Origin: the human T2T-CHM13v2.0 reference genome, Homo sapiens
Length of the DNA stretch: 64,000 bases
Reading direction: 5' to 3' (one strand)
NCBI RefSeq assembly: GCF_009914755.1
Contig: NC_060933.1
The notes under the pieces are model-generated. The model saw nothing but the letters and a program-made list of their open reading frames with translations. It was not told where the DNA came from and did not search any database. This document shows, piece after piece, positions 1 to 15,020 of the stretch. A program made the translations under genes and the position numbers. Each line of letters opens with the position of its first letter. The first letter of the stretch is position 1.

Positions 1-587
1 TCGATACCATTCGTTTGCACTCGTGTTGATTCCATGGCATTGCATTCCATTCCATTCCATTCCTTTACATTCCATTCCATTCCATTCCATTCCTTTCCAT
101 TCCATTCCATTCCATTCGGATTCATTCTATTCAATTCCCTTACACTCCATTACATTACATTCCATTCGGGTTGTTCCATTCCATTCCATTCCATTCCACT
201 CCATTCCATTGCACTCGGGTTGATTCCATTCCATTCCTTTCCATTCCATTCCATTACATTCCGGATGATTCCATTCCATTGCATTCCGTTCCATTCCATT
301 CCCCTGCACTCGCGTTGATTCCATTCCATTCCATTCCATTCCATTCAATTCCATTCCATTACAATTCGTTCCATTCCATTCTATTCCGTACCATTCCATT
401 CAATTCCATACCATTCCATTCCATTCCATTCCATTCAGTTCCATTCCGTTCCATTCCATTCCATTCCATTCTATTCGGGTTAATTCCATTCCATTCCATT
501 CCATTCCATTCCATTCTATTCCATTCCATTGCAGTCGAGTTGAATCCATTGCATTTCATTCCATTCCATTCCATTCCATTCCATTCC

Positions 588-602
588 ATTCCAGAAGATT
601 CC
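588..602. promoter_or_regulatory. Canonical heat-shock element motif nTTCnnGAAnnTTCn (first of ~50 in the window)
   Basis: aTTCc-aGAAg-aTTCc matches three alternating nGAAn units. This is a motif match only; occupancy is not shown. Confidence 0.6.
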
Positions 603-1436
603 ATTCCATTGCATTCCATTCCATTCCATTGTATTCGGGTTGATTCCATTGCATTCCTTTCCATTCCATTCCATTCCATTCCATTCCATTACAATCGAGT
701 TGATTCCATTCCATTCCATTCCATTCCAGTTCTTTCCATTCCATTCCACTCGGGTTGATTCCATTCTATTAGTTTCCATTCTATTCCATTCCCTTCCATT
801 CCACTCTGGTTGATTCCATTCCTTTCCATTCCACTCGAATACATTCCCTCCTATTCCACTCGGAACGATTCCATTCCATTCCATTCCATTCCATTCCATT
901 CCATTCCATTCCATTCCATTCCGTTCCATTCCATTCTATTCCGTACCATTCCATTCCATTCCATTCCATTCCATTCCATTCCACTCGTGTTGATTCCATT
1001 GCTTTCCATTCCATTCGGTTTGAAGGCATTCCATTCCATTCAATTCCATTCCATTCCATTCCATTCCATTCCATTCCATTCCATTCCATTGTACTCGGGT
1101 TGATTCAATTCCATTGCATTCCATTCCATTCCATTCCGTTGCATTCCATTCCATTTCATTCGGATTGATTGTATTCAAATCCCTTACTCTTCATTACATT
1201 CCATTCCATTCGGGTTGTTCCATTCCATTCCATTCCATTCCATTCCATTCCATTCCATACCATTCCATTCCATTCCATTCCATTCCATTCCGTTCCATTC
1301 CGTTCCATTCCATTCCATTCCATTCTATTCGGGTTAATTCCATTCCATTCCATTCCATTCCATTCCATTCTATTCCATTCCATTGCAATCGAGTTGAATC
1401 CATTGCATTTCATTCTATTCCATTCCATTCCATTCC

Positions 1437-1451
1437 ATTCCGGAAGATTCC
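1437..1451. promoter_or_regulatory. Canonical heat-shock element motif, common form ATTCCGGAAGATTCC
   Basis: aTTCc-gGAAg-aTTCc is the dominant form of this word and recurs through to ~63975. Confidence 0.6.
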
Positions 1452-1643
1452 ATTCCATTGCATTCCATTCCATTCCATTCCCCTGCACTCGCGTTGATTC
1501 CATTCCATTCCATTCCATTCCATTCCATTCCGTTCCATTCCGTTCCGTTCCATTTCATTCCATTCCATTCCATTCCATTCCGTTCCGTTCCATTTCATTC
1601 CATTCCATTCCACTCTATTCGGGTTAATTCCATTCCATTCCAT

Positions 1644-1657
1644 TCGATTGCAATCGA
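1644..1657. other. 14-bp perfect palindrome TCGATTGCAATCGA (first of dozens)
   Basis: The sequence equals its own reverse complement. It recurs ~20 bp after CTATTCGGGTTAATT. Confidence 0.9.
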
Positions 1658-4600
1658 GTTGATTCCATTCCATTCCATTCCATTCCATTCCATTCCTTTC
1701 CCCTGTACTCGGGTTGATTCCATTCCATTCCATTCCAATCCATGCCATTCCACTCGTGTTGATTCCATTCTTTCCATTCCATTCAAGATGAATCCATTCC
1801 ATTGCATTCCATTCCATTCGATTCCATTCGTTTGCACTCGTGTTGATTCCATGGCATTGCATTCCATTCCATTGCATTCCATTTCATTCCATTCCATTGC
1901 ATTCCATTTCATTCCATTCCATTCATTTCCATTCCATTCCATTCCATTCGGATTCATTCTATTCAATTCCCTTACACTCCATTACATTACATTCCATTCG
2001 GGTTGTTCCATTCCATTCCATTCCATTCCACTCCATTCCATTGCACTGGGGTTGATTCCATTCCATTCCTTTCCATTCCATTCCATTCCATTCCGGATGA
2101 TTCCATTCCATTGCATTCCGTTCCATTCCATTCCCCTGCAGTCGCGTTGATTCCATTCCATTCCATTCCATTCCATTCCATTCCATTCCATTCCATTCCA
2201 TTGTACTCGGGTTGATTCCATTCCATTGCATTCCATTCCATTCCATTCCATTCCATTCTATTCCATTCCATTCCGTTGCTTTCCATTCCATTACATTCGG
2301 ATTGATTCTATTCAACTCCCTTACTCTCCATTACATTCCATTCCATTCGGGTTCTTCCATTCCATTCCATTCCATTCCACTCCATTCCATTGCACTCGGG
2401 TTGATTCCATTCCATTCCATTCCATTCCATTCATTCCGGATGATTCCATTCCATTGCATTCCGTTCCATTACATTCCCCTGCACTCGTGTTGATTCCATT
2501 CCATTCCATTCCATTCCATTCCATTCCATTCCATTACAATTCGTTCCATTCCATTCTATTCCGTACCATTCCATTCCATTACATACCATTCCATTCCGTT
2601 CCATTCCATTCCATTCCTTTCCATTCCATTCCGGAAGATTCCACTCCATTGCATTCCATTCCATTCCATTCCCCTGCACTCACGTTGATTCCATTCCATT
2701 CCATACCATTCCCCTGAAGTCGGGTTGATTCCTTTCCATTCCATTCCATTCCATTCCATTCCATTCAATTCCGTTCCGTTCCATTCCATTCCATTCCATT
2801 CTATTCGAGTTAATTCCATTCCATTCTATTCCATTCCATTCCATTCCAATCCATTCAGTTCCATTCCATTCCATTCCATTCCATTCTATTCGGGTTAATT
2901 CCATTCCATTTCATTCCATTCCATACCATTCCATTCCATTCCATTCCATTCCATTCCGTTCCATTCCGTTCCATTCCATTCCATTCCATTCTATTCGTGT
3001 TAATTCCATTCCATTCTATTCCATTCCAGTCCATTGAAATCGAGTTGATTCCATTCCATTCCATTCCATTCCATTCCATTCCGGATGATTCCATTCCATT
3101 GCATTCCATTCCATTCCATTCCCCTGCACTCGGATGGATTCCATTCCATTCCATTACATTACATTACGTTCCATTCCGTTCCATTCTATTCTATTCCGGT
3201 TAATTCCATTCCATTCCATTCCACTCCATTCCATTCCATTCTATTCGGGTTAATTCCATTCCATAATATTCCATTCCATTCCATTCCATTCCAATCGAGT
3301 TGATTCCATTCCATTGCATTCCATTTCACTCAATTCCAGTCCTTTCCATTCCATTCCACTCGGGTTGATTCCATTCTATTCCTTTCCATTCCATTCCATT
3401 CCATTGCAATCGAGTTGATTCCATTGCTTTGCATTCCATTCCATTCCATTCCATTCCGGATGATTCCTTTCCATTGCATTCCATTCCATTCCATTCCCCT
3501 GCACTCGGGTTGATTCCATTCCATTCCACTCCATTCCATTGCATTCCATTCCATTCCATTGTATTCGGGTTGATTCCATTGCATTCCTTTCCATTCCATT
3601 CCATTCCATTCCATTCCATTACAATCGAGTTGATTCCATTCCATTCCATTCCATTCCAGTGCTTTCCATTCCATTCCACTCGGGTTGATTCCATTCTATT
3701 AGTTTCCATTCCATTCCATTCCCTTCCATTCCACTCTGGTTGATTCCATTCCTTTCCATTCCACTCGAATACATTCCCTCCTATTCCACTCGGAACGATT
3801 CCATTCCATTCCATTCCATTCCATTCCATTCCATTCCATTCCATTTCGTTCCATTCCATTCTATTCCGTACCATTCCATTCCATTCCATTCCATTCCATT
3901 CCATTCCACTCGTGTTGATTCCATTGCTTTCCATTCCATTCGGTTTGAAGACATTCCATTCCATTCAATTCCATTCCATTCCATTCCACTCCATTCCATT
4001 CCATTCCATTCCATTCCATTCCATTGTACTCGGGTTGATTCAATTCCATTGCATTCCATTCCATTCCATTCCGTTGCATTCCATTCCATGTCATTCGGAT
4101 TCATTGTATTCAAATCCCTTACTCTTCATTACATTCCATTCCATTCGGGTTGTTCCATTCCATTCCATTCCATTCCATTCCATACCATTCCATTCCATTC
4201 CATTCCATTCCATTCCATTCCGTTCCATTCCGTTCCATTCCATTCCATTCCATTCTATTCGGGTTAATTCCATTCCATTCCATTCCATTCCATTCCATTC
4301 CATTCTATTCCATTCCATTGCAATCGAGTTGAATCTATTGCATTTCATTCCATTCCATTCCATTCCATTCCATTCCATTCCGTAAGATTCCATTCCATTG
4401 CATTCCATTCCATTCCATTCCCCTGCACTCGCGTTGATTCCATTCCATTCCATTCCATTCCATTCCATTCCGTTCCATTCCGTTCCGTTCCATTTCATTC
4501 CATTCCATTCCATTCCATTCCATTCCGTTCCGTTCCATTCCATTCCATTCCATTCCACTCTATTCGGGTTAATTCCATTCCATTCCATTCGATTGCAATC

Positions 4601-5124
4601 GAGTTGATTCCATTCCATTCCATTCCATTCCATTCCATTCCATTCCTTTCCCCTGTACTCGGGTTGATTCCATTCCATTCCATTCCAATCCATGCCATTC
4701 CACTCGTGTTGATTCCATTCTTTCCATTCCATTCAAGATGAATCCATTCCATTCCATTCCATTCCATTCGATTCCATTCGTTTGCACTCGTGTTGATTCC
4801 ATGGCATTGCATTCCATTCCATTGCATTCCATTTCATTCCATTCCATTCCTTTCCATTCCATTCCATTCCATTCGGATTCATTCTATTCAATTCCCTTAC
4901 ACTCCATTACATTACATTCCATTCGGGTTGTTCCATTCCATTCCATTCCATTCCACTCCATTCCATTGCACTGGGGTTGATTCCATTCCATTCCTTTCCA
5001 TTCCATTCCATTCCATTCCGGATGATTCCATTCCATTGCATTCCGTTCCATTCCATTCCCCTGCAGTCGCGTTGATTCCATTCCATTCCATTCCATTCCA
5101 TTCCATTCCATTCCATTCCATTCC

Positions 5125-6310
5125 ATTCCATTGTACTCGGGTTGATTCCATTCCATTGCATTCCATTCCATTCCATTACATTCCATTCTATTCCATTCCA
5201 TTCCATTCTATTCCATTCCATTCCGTTGCTTTCCATTCCATTACATTCGGATTGATTCTATTCAACTCCCTTACTCTCCATTACATTCCATTCCATTCGG
5301 GTTCTTCCATTCCATTCCATTCCATTCCACTCCATTCCATTGCACTCGGGTTGATTCCATTCCATTCCATTCCATTCCATTCATTCCGGATGATTCCATT
5401 CCATTGCATTCCGTTCCATTACATTCCCCTGCACTCGCGTTGATTCCATTCCATTCCATTCCATTCCATTCAATTCCATTCCATTACAATTCGTTCCATT
5501 CCATTCTATTCCGTACCATTCCATTCCATTCCATACCATTCCACTCCATTCCATTCCATTCCATTCCGTTCCATTCCGTTCCATTCCATTCCATTCCATT
5601 CTATTCGGGTTAATTCCATTCCATTCCATTCCGTTCCATTCCATTCCATTCCATTCCATTCCATTGCATTCTATTCCATTCCATTGCAATCGAGTTGAAT
5701 CCATTGCATTTCATTCCATTCCATTCCATTCCATTCCATTCCGGAAGATTCCATTCCATTGCATTCCATTCCATTCCATTCCCCTGCACTCGCGTTGATT
5801 CCATTCCATTCCATTCCATTCCATTCCATTCCATTCCATTCCATTCCATTGTACTCGGGTTGATTCCATTCCAATGCATTCCATTCCATTCCATTCCATT
5901 CCATTCTATTCCATTCCATTCCGTTGCTTTCCATTCCATTACATTCGGATTGATTCTATTCAACTCCCTTACTCTCCATTACATTCCATTCCATTCGGGT
6001 TCTTCCATTCCATTCCATTCCATTCCACTCCATTCCATTGCACTCGGGTTGATTCCATTCCATTCCATTCCATTCCATTCATTCCGGATGATTCCATTCC
6101 ATTGCATTCCGTTCCATTACATTCCCCTGCACTCGCGTTGATTCCATTCCATTCCATTCCATTCCATTCAATTCCATTCCATTACAATTCGTTCCATTCT
6201 ATTCTATTCCGTACCATTCCATTCCATTACATACCATTCCATTCCATTCCATTCCATTCCGTTCCATTCCGTTCCATTCCATTCCATTCCATTCTATTCG
6301 GGTTAATTCC
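5125..6310 (+). repeat. Local duplication with ~700 bp period
   Basis: CCGTTGCTTTCC, CGGGTTCTTCC and TCATTCCGGATG recur at ~5223/5921, ~5298/5996 and 5381/~6079. ORF-track entries 5271..5459 and 5969..6157 are identical (offset 698). Confidence 0.85.
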
Positions 6311-9300
6311 ATTCCATTCCATTCCGTTCCATTCCATTCCATTCCATTCCATTGCATTCCATTCCTTTCCATTCCGTTCCATTCCATTCCATTCCATTCT
6401 ATTCGGGTTAATTGCATTCCATTCCATTCCATTCCATTCCATTCTATTCCATTCCATTGCAATCGAGTTGAATCCATTGCATTTCATTCCATTCCATTCC
6501 ATTCCATTCCATTCCGGAAGATTCCATTCCATTGCATTCCATTCCATTCCATTCCCCTGCACTCGCGTTGATTCCATTCCATTCCATTCCACTCCATTCC
6601 ATTCCATTCCATTCCGTTCCGTTCCGTTCCATTCCATTCCATTCCATTCCGTTCCGTTCCATTCCATTCCATTCCATTCCATTCTATTCGGGTTAATTCC
6701 ATTCCATTCCATTCGATTGCAATCGAGTTGATTCCATTCTATTCCATTCCATTCCATTCCATTCCATTCCTTTCCATTACATTACGGATGATTCCATTCC
6801 ATTCCATTCCATTCCATTCCTTTCCCCTGTACTCGGGTTGATTCCGTTCCATTCCATTCCAATCCATGCCATTCCACTCGTGTTGATTCCATTCTTTCCA
6901 TTCCATTCAAGATGAATCCATTCCATTGCATTCCATTCCATTCGATTCCATTCGTTTGCACTCGTGTTGATTCCATGGCATTGCATTCCATTCCATTCCA
7001 TTCCTTTCCATTCCATTCCATTCCATTCCATTCCTTTCCATTCCATTCCATTCCATTCGGATTCATTCTATTCAATTCCCTTACACTCCATTACTTTACA
7101 TTCCATTCGGGTTGTTCCATTCCATTCCATTCCATTCCACTCCATTCCATTGCACTCGGGTTGATTCCATTCCATTCCTTTCCATTCCATTCCATTACAT
7201 TCCGGATGATTCCATTCCATTGCATTCCGTTCCATTCCATTCCCCTGCACTCGCGTTGATTCCATTCCATTCCATTCCATTCCATTCAATTCCATTCCAT
7301 TACAATTCGTTCCATTCCATTCTATTCCGTACCATTCCATTCAATTCCATACCATTCCATTCCATTCCATTCCATTCAGTTCCATTCCGTTCCATTCCAT
7401 TCCATTCCATTCTATTCGGGTTAATTCCATTCCATTCCATTCCATTCCATTCCATTCTATTCCATTCCATTGCAGTCGAGTTGAATCCATTGCATTTCAT
7501 TCCATTCCATTCCATTCCATTCCATTCCAGAAGATTCCATTCCATTGCATTCCATTCCATTCCATTCCATTCCATTCCATTCCGTTCCATTCCATTACAT
7601 TCGGATTGATTCTATTCAATTCCCTTACACTGCATTCCATTCCATTCCATTCGGGTAGTTTCCATTCCATTCCATTCCATTCCTCTCCATTCCATTGCAC
7701 TCGGGTTGATTCCATTCCATTGCATTCCATTCCATTCCATTCAATTCCATTCCGTTCCATTCCATTCCATTACATTCGGATTGATTCTATTCAACTCCCT
7801 TACGCTCCATTACATTCCATTCCATTCGGGTTGTTCCATTCCATTCCACTCCATTCCATTGCACTCGGGTTGATTCCGTTCCATTCCATTCCATTCCTTT
7901 CCATTCCATTCCGGAAGATGCCACTCCATTGCATTGCATTCCATTCCATTCCCCTGCACTCACGTTGATTCCATTCCATTCCACTCCATTCCATTCCATT
8001 CCATTCCATTCCTTTCGGTTCCATTCCATTCCATTCCATTCCATTCCATTCCATTCCATTCCATTCCGTTCCGTTCCATTCCATTCCATTTCATTCTATT
8101 CGGGTTAATTCCATTCCATTCCATTCGATTGCAATCGAGTTGATTCCATTCCATTCCATTCCATTCCATTCCATTCCATTCCATTCCATTCCATTCCTTT
8201 CTATTCCATTACGGATGATTCCATTCCATTGCATTCCATTCCATTCCATTCCCCTGTACTCGGGTTGATTCCATTCCCTTCCATTCCAATCCATGCCATT
8301 CCACTCGTGTTGATTCCATTCTTTCCATTCCATTCAAGTTGAATCTATTCCATTGCATTCCATTCCATTCCATTCCCCTGAAGTCGGGTTGATTCCATTC
8401 CATTCCATTCCATTCCATTCCATTCCATTCCATTCCGTTCCGTTCCATTCCATTCCATTCCATTCTATTCGGGTTAATTCCATTCCATTCTATTCCATTC
8501 CATTCAATTCCAATCCATTCAGTTCCATTCCATTCCATTCCATTCCATTCCATTCTATTCCATTCCATTGCAGTCGAGTTGAATCCATTGCATTTCATTC
8601 CATTCCGTTCCATTCCATTCCATTCCGGAAGATTCCATTCCATTGCATTCCATTCCATTCCATTCCCCTGCACTGGCGTTGATTCCATTCCATTCCATTA
8701 CATTCCATTCCGTTCTGTTCCGTTCCTTTCCATTCCATTCCATTCCATTCTGTTCCGTTCCATTCCATTCCATTCCATTCTATTCGGGTTAATTCCATTC
8801 CATTCCATTCGATTGCAATCGAGTTGATTCCATTCCATTCCATTCCATTCCATTCCATTCCATTCCATTCCTTTCCATTCCATTACGGATGATTCCATTC
8901 CATTGCATTCCATTCCACTCCATTCCCCTGTACTCGGGTTGATTCCATTCCATTCCATTCCAATCCATGCCATTCCACTCGGGTTGATTCCATTCTTTCC
9001 ATTCCATTCAAGTTGAATCCATTCCATTGCATTCCATTCCATTGGATTCCATTCGATTGCACTCGGGTTGATTCCATTCCATTGCATTCCATTCCATTCC
9101 ATACCATTCCATTCCATTCCATTCCGTTCCATTCCATTACATTCGGATTGATTCTATTCAATTCCCTTACACTGCATTCCATTCCATTCCATTCGGGTAG
9201 TTTCCATTCCATTCCATTCCATTCCTCTCCATTCCATTGCACTCGGGTTGATTCCATTCCATTGCATTCCATTCCATTCCATTCAATTCCATTCCGTTCC

Positions 9301-12300
9301 ATTACATTCCATTACATTCGGATTGATTCTATTCAACTCCCTTACTCTCCATTCCATTCCATTCCATTCGGGTTGTTCCATTCCATTCCACTCCATACCA
9401 TTGCACTCGGGTTGATTCCATTCCATTCCATTCCATTCCATTCCGAAAGATTCCATTCCATTGCATTCCATTCCATTCCATTCCCCTGCACTCGCGTTGA
9501 TTCCATTCCATTCCAGTCCATTCCATTCCATTCCATTCCTTTCGGTTCCATTCCATTCCATTCCATTCGATTCCATTCCATTCAATTCCGTTCCGTTCCA
9601 TTCCATTCCATTCCATTCTATTCGGGTTAATTCCATTCCATTCCATTCGATTGCAATCGAGTTGATTCCATTCCATTCCATTCCATTCCATTCCATTCTA
9701 TTCGGGTTAATTCCATTCCATTCCATTCCGTTCCATTCCATTCCATTCCATTGCATTCCATTCCGTTCCATTCCGTTCCATTCCATTCCATTCCATTCTA
9801 TTCGGGTTAATTCCATTCCATTCCATTCCATTGCATTCTATTCCATTCCATTGCAATCGAGTTGAATCCATTGCATTTCATTCCATTCCATTCCATTCCA
9901 TTCCATTCCGGAAGATTCCATTCCATTGCATTCCATTCCATTCCATTCCCCTGCACTCGCGTTGATTCCATTCCATTCCATTCCATTCCATTCCATTCCA
10001 TTCCATTCCATTCCATTGTACTCGGGTTGATTCCATTCCATTGCATTCCATTCCATTCCATTCCATTCCATTCTATTCCATTCCATTCCGTTGCTTTCCA
10101 TTCCATTACATTCGGATTGATTCTATTCAACTCCCTTACTCTCCATTACATTCCATTCCATTCGGGTTCTTCCATTCCATTCCATTCCATTCCACTCCAT
10201 TCCATTGCACTCGGGTTGATTCCATTCCATTCCATTCCATTCCATTCATTCCGGATGATTCCATTCCATTGCATTCCGTTCCATTACATTCCCCTGCACT
10301 CGCGTTGATTCCATTCCATTCCATTCCATTCCATTCAATTCCATTCCATTACAATTCGTTCCATTCCATTCTATTCCGTACCATTCCATTCCATTACATA
10401 CCATTCCATTCCATTCCATTCCATTCCATTCCGTTCCATTCCGTTCCATTCCATTCCATTCCATTCTATTCGGGTTAATTCCATTCCATTCCATTCCGTT
10501 CCATTCCATTCCATTCCATTCCATTGCATTCCATTCCGTTCCATTCCGTTCCATTCCATTCCATTCCATTCTATTCGGGTTAATTCCATTCCATTCCATT
10601 CCATTCCATTCCATTCTATTCCATTCCATTGCAATCGAGTTGAATCCATTGCATTTCATTCCATTCCATTCCATTCCATTCCATTCCAGAAGATTCCATT
10701 CCATTGCATTCCATTCCATTCCATTCCCCTGCACTCGCGTTGATTCCATTCCATTCCATTCCACTCCATTCCATTCCATTCCATTCCGTTCCGTTCCGTT
10801 CTATTCCATTCCATTCCATTCCGTTCCGTTCCATTCCATTCCATTCCATTCCATTCTATTCGGGTTAATTCCATTCCATTCCATTCGATTGCAATCGAGT
10901 TGATTCCATTCCATTCCATTCCATTCCATTCCATTCCATTCCTTTCCATTACATTACGGATGATTCCATTCCATTCCATTCCATTCCATTCCTTTCCCCT
11001 GTACTCGGGTTGATTCCATTCCATTCCATTCCAATCCATGCCATTCCACTCGTGTTGATTCCATTCTTTCCATTCCATTCAAGATGAATCCATTCCATTG
11101 CATTCCATTCCATTCGATTCCATTCGTTTGCACTCGGGTTGATTCCATGGCATTGCATTCCATTCCATTCCATTCCTTTCCATTCCATTCCATTCCATTC
11201 CATTCCTTTCCATTCCATTCCATTCCATTCGGATTCATTCTATTCAATTCCCTTACACTCCATTACATTACATTCCATTCGGGTTGTTCCATTCCATTCC
11301 ATTCCATTCCACTCCATTCCATTGCACTCGGGTTGATTCCATTCCATTCCTTTCCATTCCATTCCATTACATTCCGGATGATTCCATTCCATTGCATTCC
11401 GTTCCATTCCATTCCCCTGCACTCGCGTTGATTCCATTCCATTCCATTCCATTCCATTCAATTCCATTCCATTACAATTCGTTCCATTCCATTCTATTCC
11501 GTACCATTCCATTCAATTCCATACCATTCCATTCCATTCCATTCCATTCAGTTCCATTCCGTTCCATTCCATTCCATTCCATTCTATTCGGGTTAATTCC
11601 ATTCCATTCCATTCCATTCCTTTCCATTCTATTCCATTCCATTGCAGTCGAGTTGAATCCATTGCATTTCATTCCATTCCATTCCATTCCATTCCATTCC
11701 AGAAGATTCCATTCCATTGCATTCCATTCCATTCCATTCCATTCCATTCCATTCCATTCTGTTCCATTCCATTACATTCGGATTGATTCTATTCAATTCC
11801 CTTACACTGCATTCCATTCCATTCCATTCGGGTAGTTTCCATTCCATTCCATTCCATTCCTCTCCATTCCATTGCACTCGGGTTGATTCCATTCCATTGC
11901 ATTCCATTCCATTCCATTCAATTCCATTCCGTTCCATTCCATTCCATTACATTCGGATTGATTCTATTCAACTCCCTTACGCTCCATTACATTCCATTCC
12001 ATTCGGGTTGTTCCATTCCATTCCACTCCATTCCATTGCACTCGGGTTGATTCCGTTGCATTCCATTCCATTCCTTTCCATTCCATTCCGGAAGATGCCA
12101 CTCCATTGCATTCCATTCCATTCCATTCCCCTGCACTCACGTTGATTCCATTCCATTCCACTCCATTCCATTCCATTCCATTCCTTTCGGTTCCATTCCA
12201 TTCCATTCCATTCCATTCCATTCCATTCCGTTCCGTTCCATTCCATTCCATTTCATTCTATTCGGGTTAATTCCATTCCATTCCATTCGATTGCAATCGA

Positions 12301-13890
12301 GTTGATTCCATTCCATTCCATTCCATTCCATTCCATTCCATTCCATTCCATTCCATTCCTTTCTATTCCATTACGGATGATTCCATTCCATTGCATTCCA
12401 TTCCATTCCATTCCCCTGTACTCGGGTTGATTCCATTCCCTTCCATTCCAATCCATGCCATTCCACTCGTGTTGATTCCATTCTTTCCATTCCATTCAAG
12501 TTGAATCTATTCCATTGCATTCCATTCCATTCCATTCCCCTGAAGTCGGGTTGATTCCATTCCATTCCATTCCATTCCATTCCATTCCATTCCATTCCAT
12601 TCCATTCCGTTCCGTTCCATTCCATTCCATTCCATTCTATTCGGGTTAATTCCATTCCATTCTATTCCATTCCATTCAATTCCAATCCATTCAGTTCCAT
12701 TCCATTCCATTCCATTCCATTCTATTCGGGTTAATTCCATTCCATTCCATTCCATTCCATTCCATTCTATTCCATTCCATTGCAGTCGAGTTGAATCCAT
12801 TGCATTTCATTCCATTCCATTCCATTCCATTCCATTCCGGAAGATTCCATTCCATTGCATTCCATTGCATTCCATTCCCCTGCACTGGCGTTGATTCCAT
12901 TCCATTCCATTACATTCCATTCCGTTCTGTTCCGTTCCGTTCCATTCCATTCCATTCCATTCTGTTCCGTTCCATTCCATTCCATTCCATTCTATTCGGG
13001 TTAATTCCATTCCATTCCATTCGATTGCAATCGAGTTGATTCCATTCCATTCCATTCCATTCCATTCCATTCCTTTCCATTCCATTACGGATGATTCCAT
13101 TCCATTGCATTCCATTCCACTCCATTCCCCTGTACTCGGGTTGATTCCATTCCATTCCATTCCAATCCATGCCATTCCACTCGGGTTGATTCCATTCTTT
13201 CCATTCCATTCAATTTGAATCCATTCCATTGCATTCCATTCCACTGGATTCCATTCGATTGCACTCGGGTTGATTCCATTCCATTGCATTCCATTCCATT
13301 CCATTCCATTCCATTCCATTCCATTCCGTTCCATTCCATTACATTCGGATTGATTCTATTCAATTCCCTTACACTGCATTCCATTCCATTCCATTCGGGT
13401 AGTTTCCATTCCATTCCATTCCATTCCTCTCCATTCCATTGCACTCAGGTTGATTCCATTCCATTGCATTCCATTCCATTCCATTCAATTCCATTCCGTT
13501 CCATTGCATTCCATTACATTCGGATTGATTCTATTCAACTCCTTTACTCTCCATTCCATTCCATTCCATTCGGGTTGTTCCATTCCATTCCACTCCATAC
13601 CATTGCACTCGGGTTGATTCCATTCCATTCCATTCCATTCCATTCCGAAAGATTCCATTCCATTGCATTCCATTCCATTGCATTCCCCTGCACTCGCGTT
13701 GATTCCATTCCATTCCAGTCCATTCCATTCCATTCCATTCCTTTCGGTTCCATTCTATTCCATTCCATTCCATTCCATTCCATTCAATTCCGTTCCGTTC
13801 CATTCCATTCCATTCCATTCTATTCGGGTTAATTCCATTCCATTCCATTCGATTGCAATCGAGTTGATTCCATTCCATTCCATTCCATTC
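5600..13890 (+). repeat. Two-copy tandem duplication of a ~4.17-4.2 kb unit (~5600-9690 and ~9790-13890)
   Basis: Matched ORF-track pairs: 5969/10136 (offset 4167), 7068/11240 (4172), 8091/12253 (4162), 8555/12767 (4212), 9013/13215 (4202). Private variants are shared: GGAAGATGCC (~7913/12090), CACTGGCGTTG (~8671/12884), CCGAAAGATTCC (~9443/13645). Confidence 0.92.
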
Positions 13891-15020
13891 CATTCCATTC
13901 CTTTCTATTCCATTACGGATGATTCCATTCCATTGCATTCCATTCCATTCCATTCCCCTGTACTCGGTTTGATTCCATTCCCTTCCATTCCAATCCATGC
14001 CATTCCACTCGTGTTGATTCCATTCTTTCCATTCCATTCAAGTTGAATCCATTCCATTGCATTCCATTCCATTCCATTCCCCTGCAGTCGGGTTGATTCC
14101 ATTCCATTCCATTCCATTCCATTCCACTCCATTCCATTCAGTTCCATTCCATTCCATTCCATTCCATTCCGTTCCGTTCCGTTCCGTTCCGTTCCATTCC
14201 ATTCCATTCCATTCCATTCCATTCCCCTGCACTCGCGTTGATTCCATTCCATTCCATTCCATTCCATTCCATTCCGTTCCGTTCCATTCCATTCCATTCC
14301 ATTCTATTCGGGTTAATTCCATTCCATTCCATTCGATTGAAATCGAGTTGATTCCATTCCATTCCTTTCCATTCCATTCCATTCCATTCCATTCCTTTCC
14401 ATTCCATTACGGATGATTCCATTCCATTGCATTCCATTCCATTCCATTCCCCTGTACTCGGGTTGATTCCATTCCATTCCATTCCAATCCATGCCATTCC
14501 ACTCGTGTTGATTCCATTCTTTCCATTCCATTCAAGTTGAATCCATTCCATTGCATTCCATTCCATTGGATTCCATTCGATTGCACTCGGGTTGATTCCA
14601 TTCCATTGCATTCCGTTCCATTCCATTCCATTCCATTCCATTCAATTCCGTTCCATTCCATTACATTCGGATTGATTCTATTCAATTCCCTTACACTGCA
14701 TTACATTCCATTCCATTCGGGTAGTTTCCATTCCATTCCATTCCATTCCTCTCCATTCCATTGCACTCAGGTTGATTCCATTCCATTGCATTCCATTCCA
14801 TTCCATTCAATTCCATTCCGTTCCATTCCATTCCATTCCATTCCATTCCATTCCGGAAGATTCCATTCCATTGCATTCCATTCCATTCCATTCCCCTGCA
14901 CTCGCGTTGATTCCATTCCATTCCACTCCATTCCATTCCATTCCATGCCTTTCCGTTCCATTCCACTCCATTCCATTCCATTCCATTCCATTCCATTCCG
15001 TTCCATTCCATTCCATTCCA

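Larger units (their letters stand above)
621..5530 (+). repeat. ~1.9 kb block duplicated at ~2.93-2.95 kb spacing (~621-2580 and ~3551-5530)
   Basis: Shared rare markers: GTATTCGGGTTGATTCCATTGCATTCCTTT at 631/3561, CCACTCGAATAC at 831/3761, CGGTTTGAAG at ~1017/3941, TTTGCACTCGTGTTG at 1831/4781, TCATTCCGGATG at 2431/5381. Confidence 0.85.

Noticed and set aside
2298-2320. CGGATTGATTCTATTCAA as a DUX4 site
   Set aside because: It has several mismatches to TGATTRRRTTA and lacks the TAA half site. DUX4 activation is established for HSATII rather than this word.
9051-9068. ATTCGATTGCACTCGGG resembles a CENP-B box
   Set aside because: The box requires TTCG-N4-A-N2-CGGG. Here the first spacer is N5, one base too long, and there is no alpha-satellite context.
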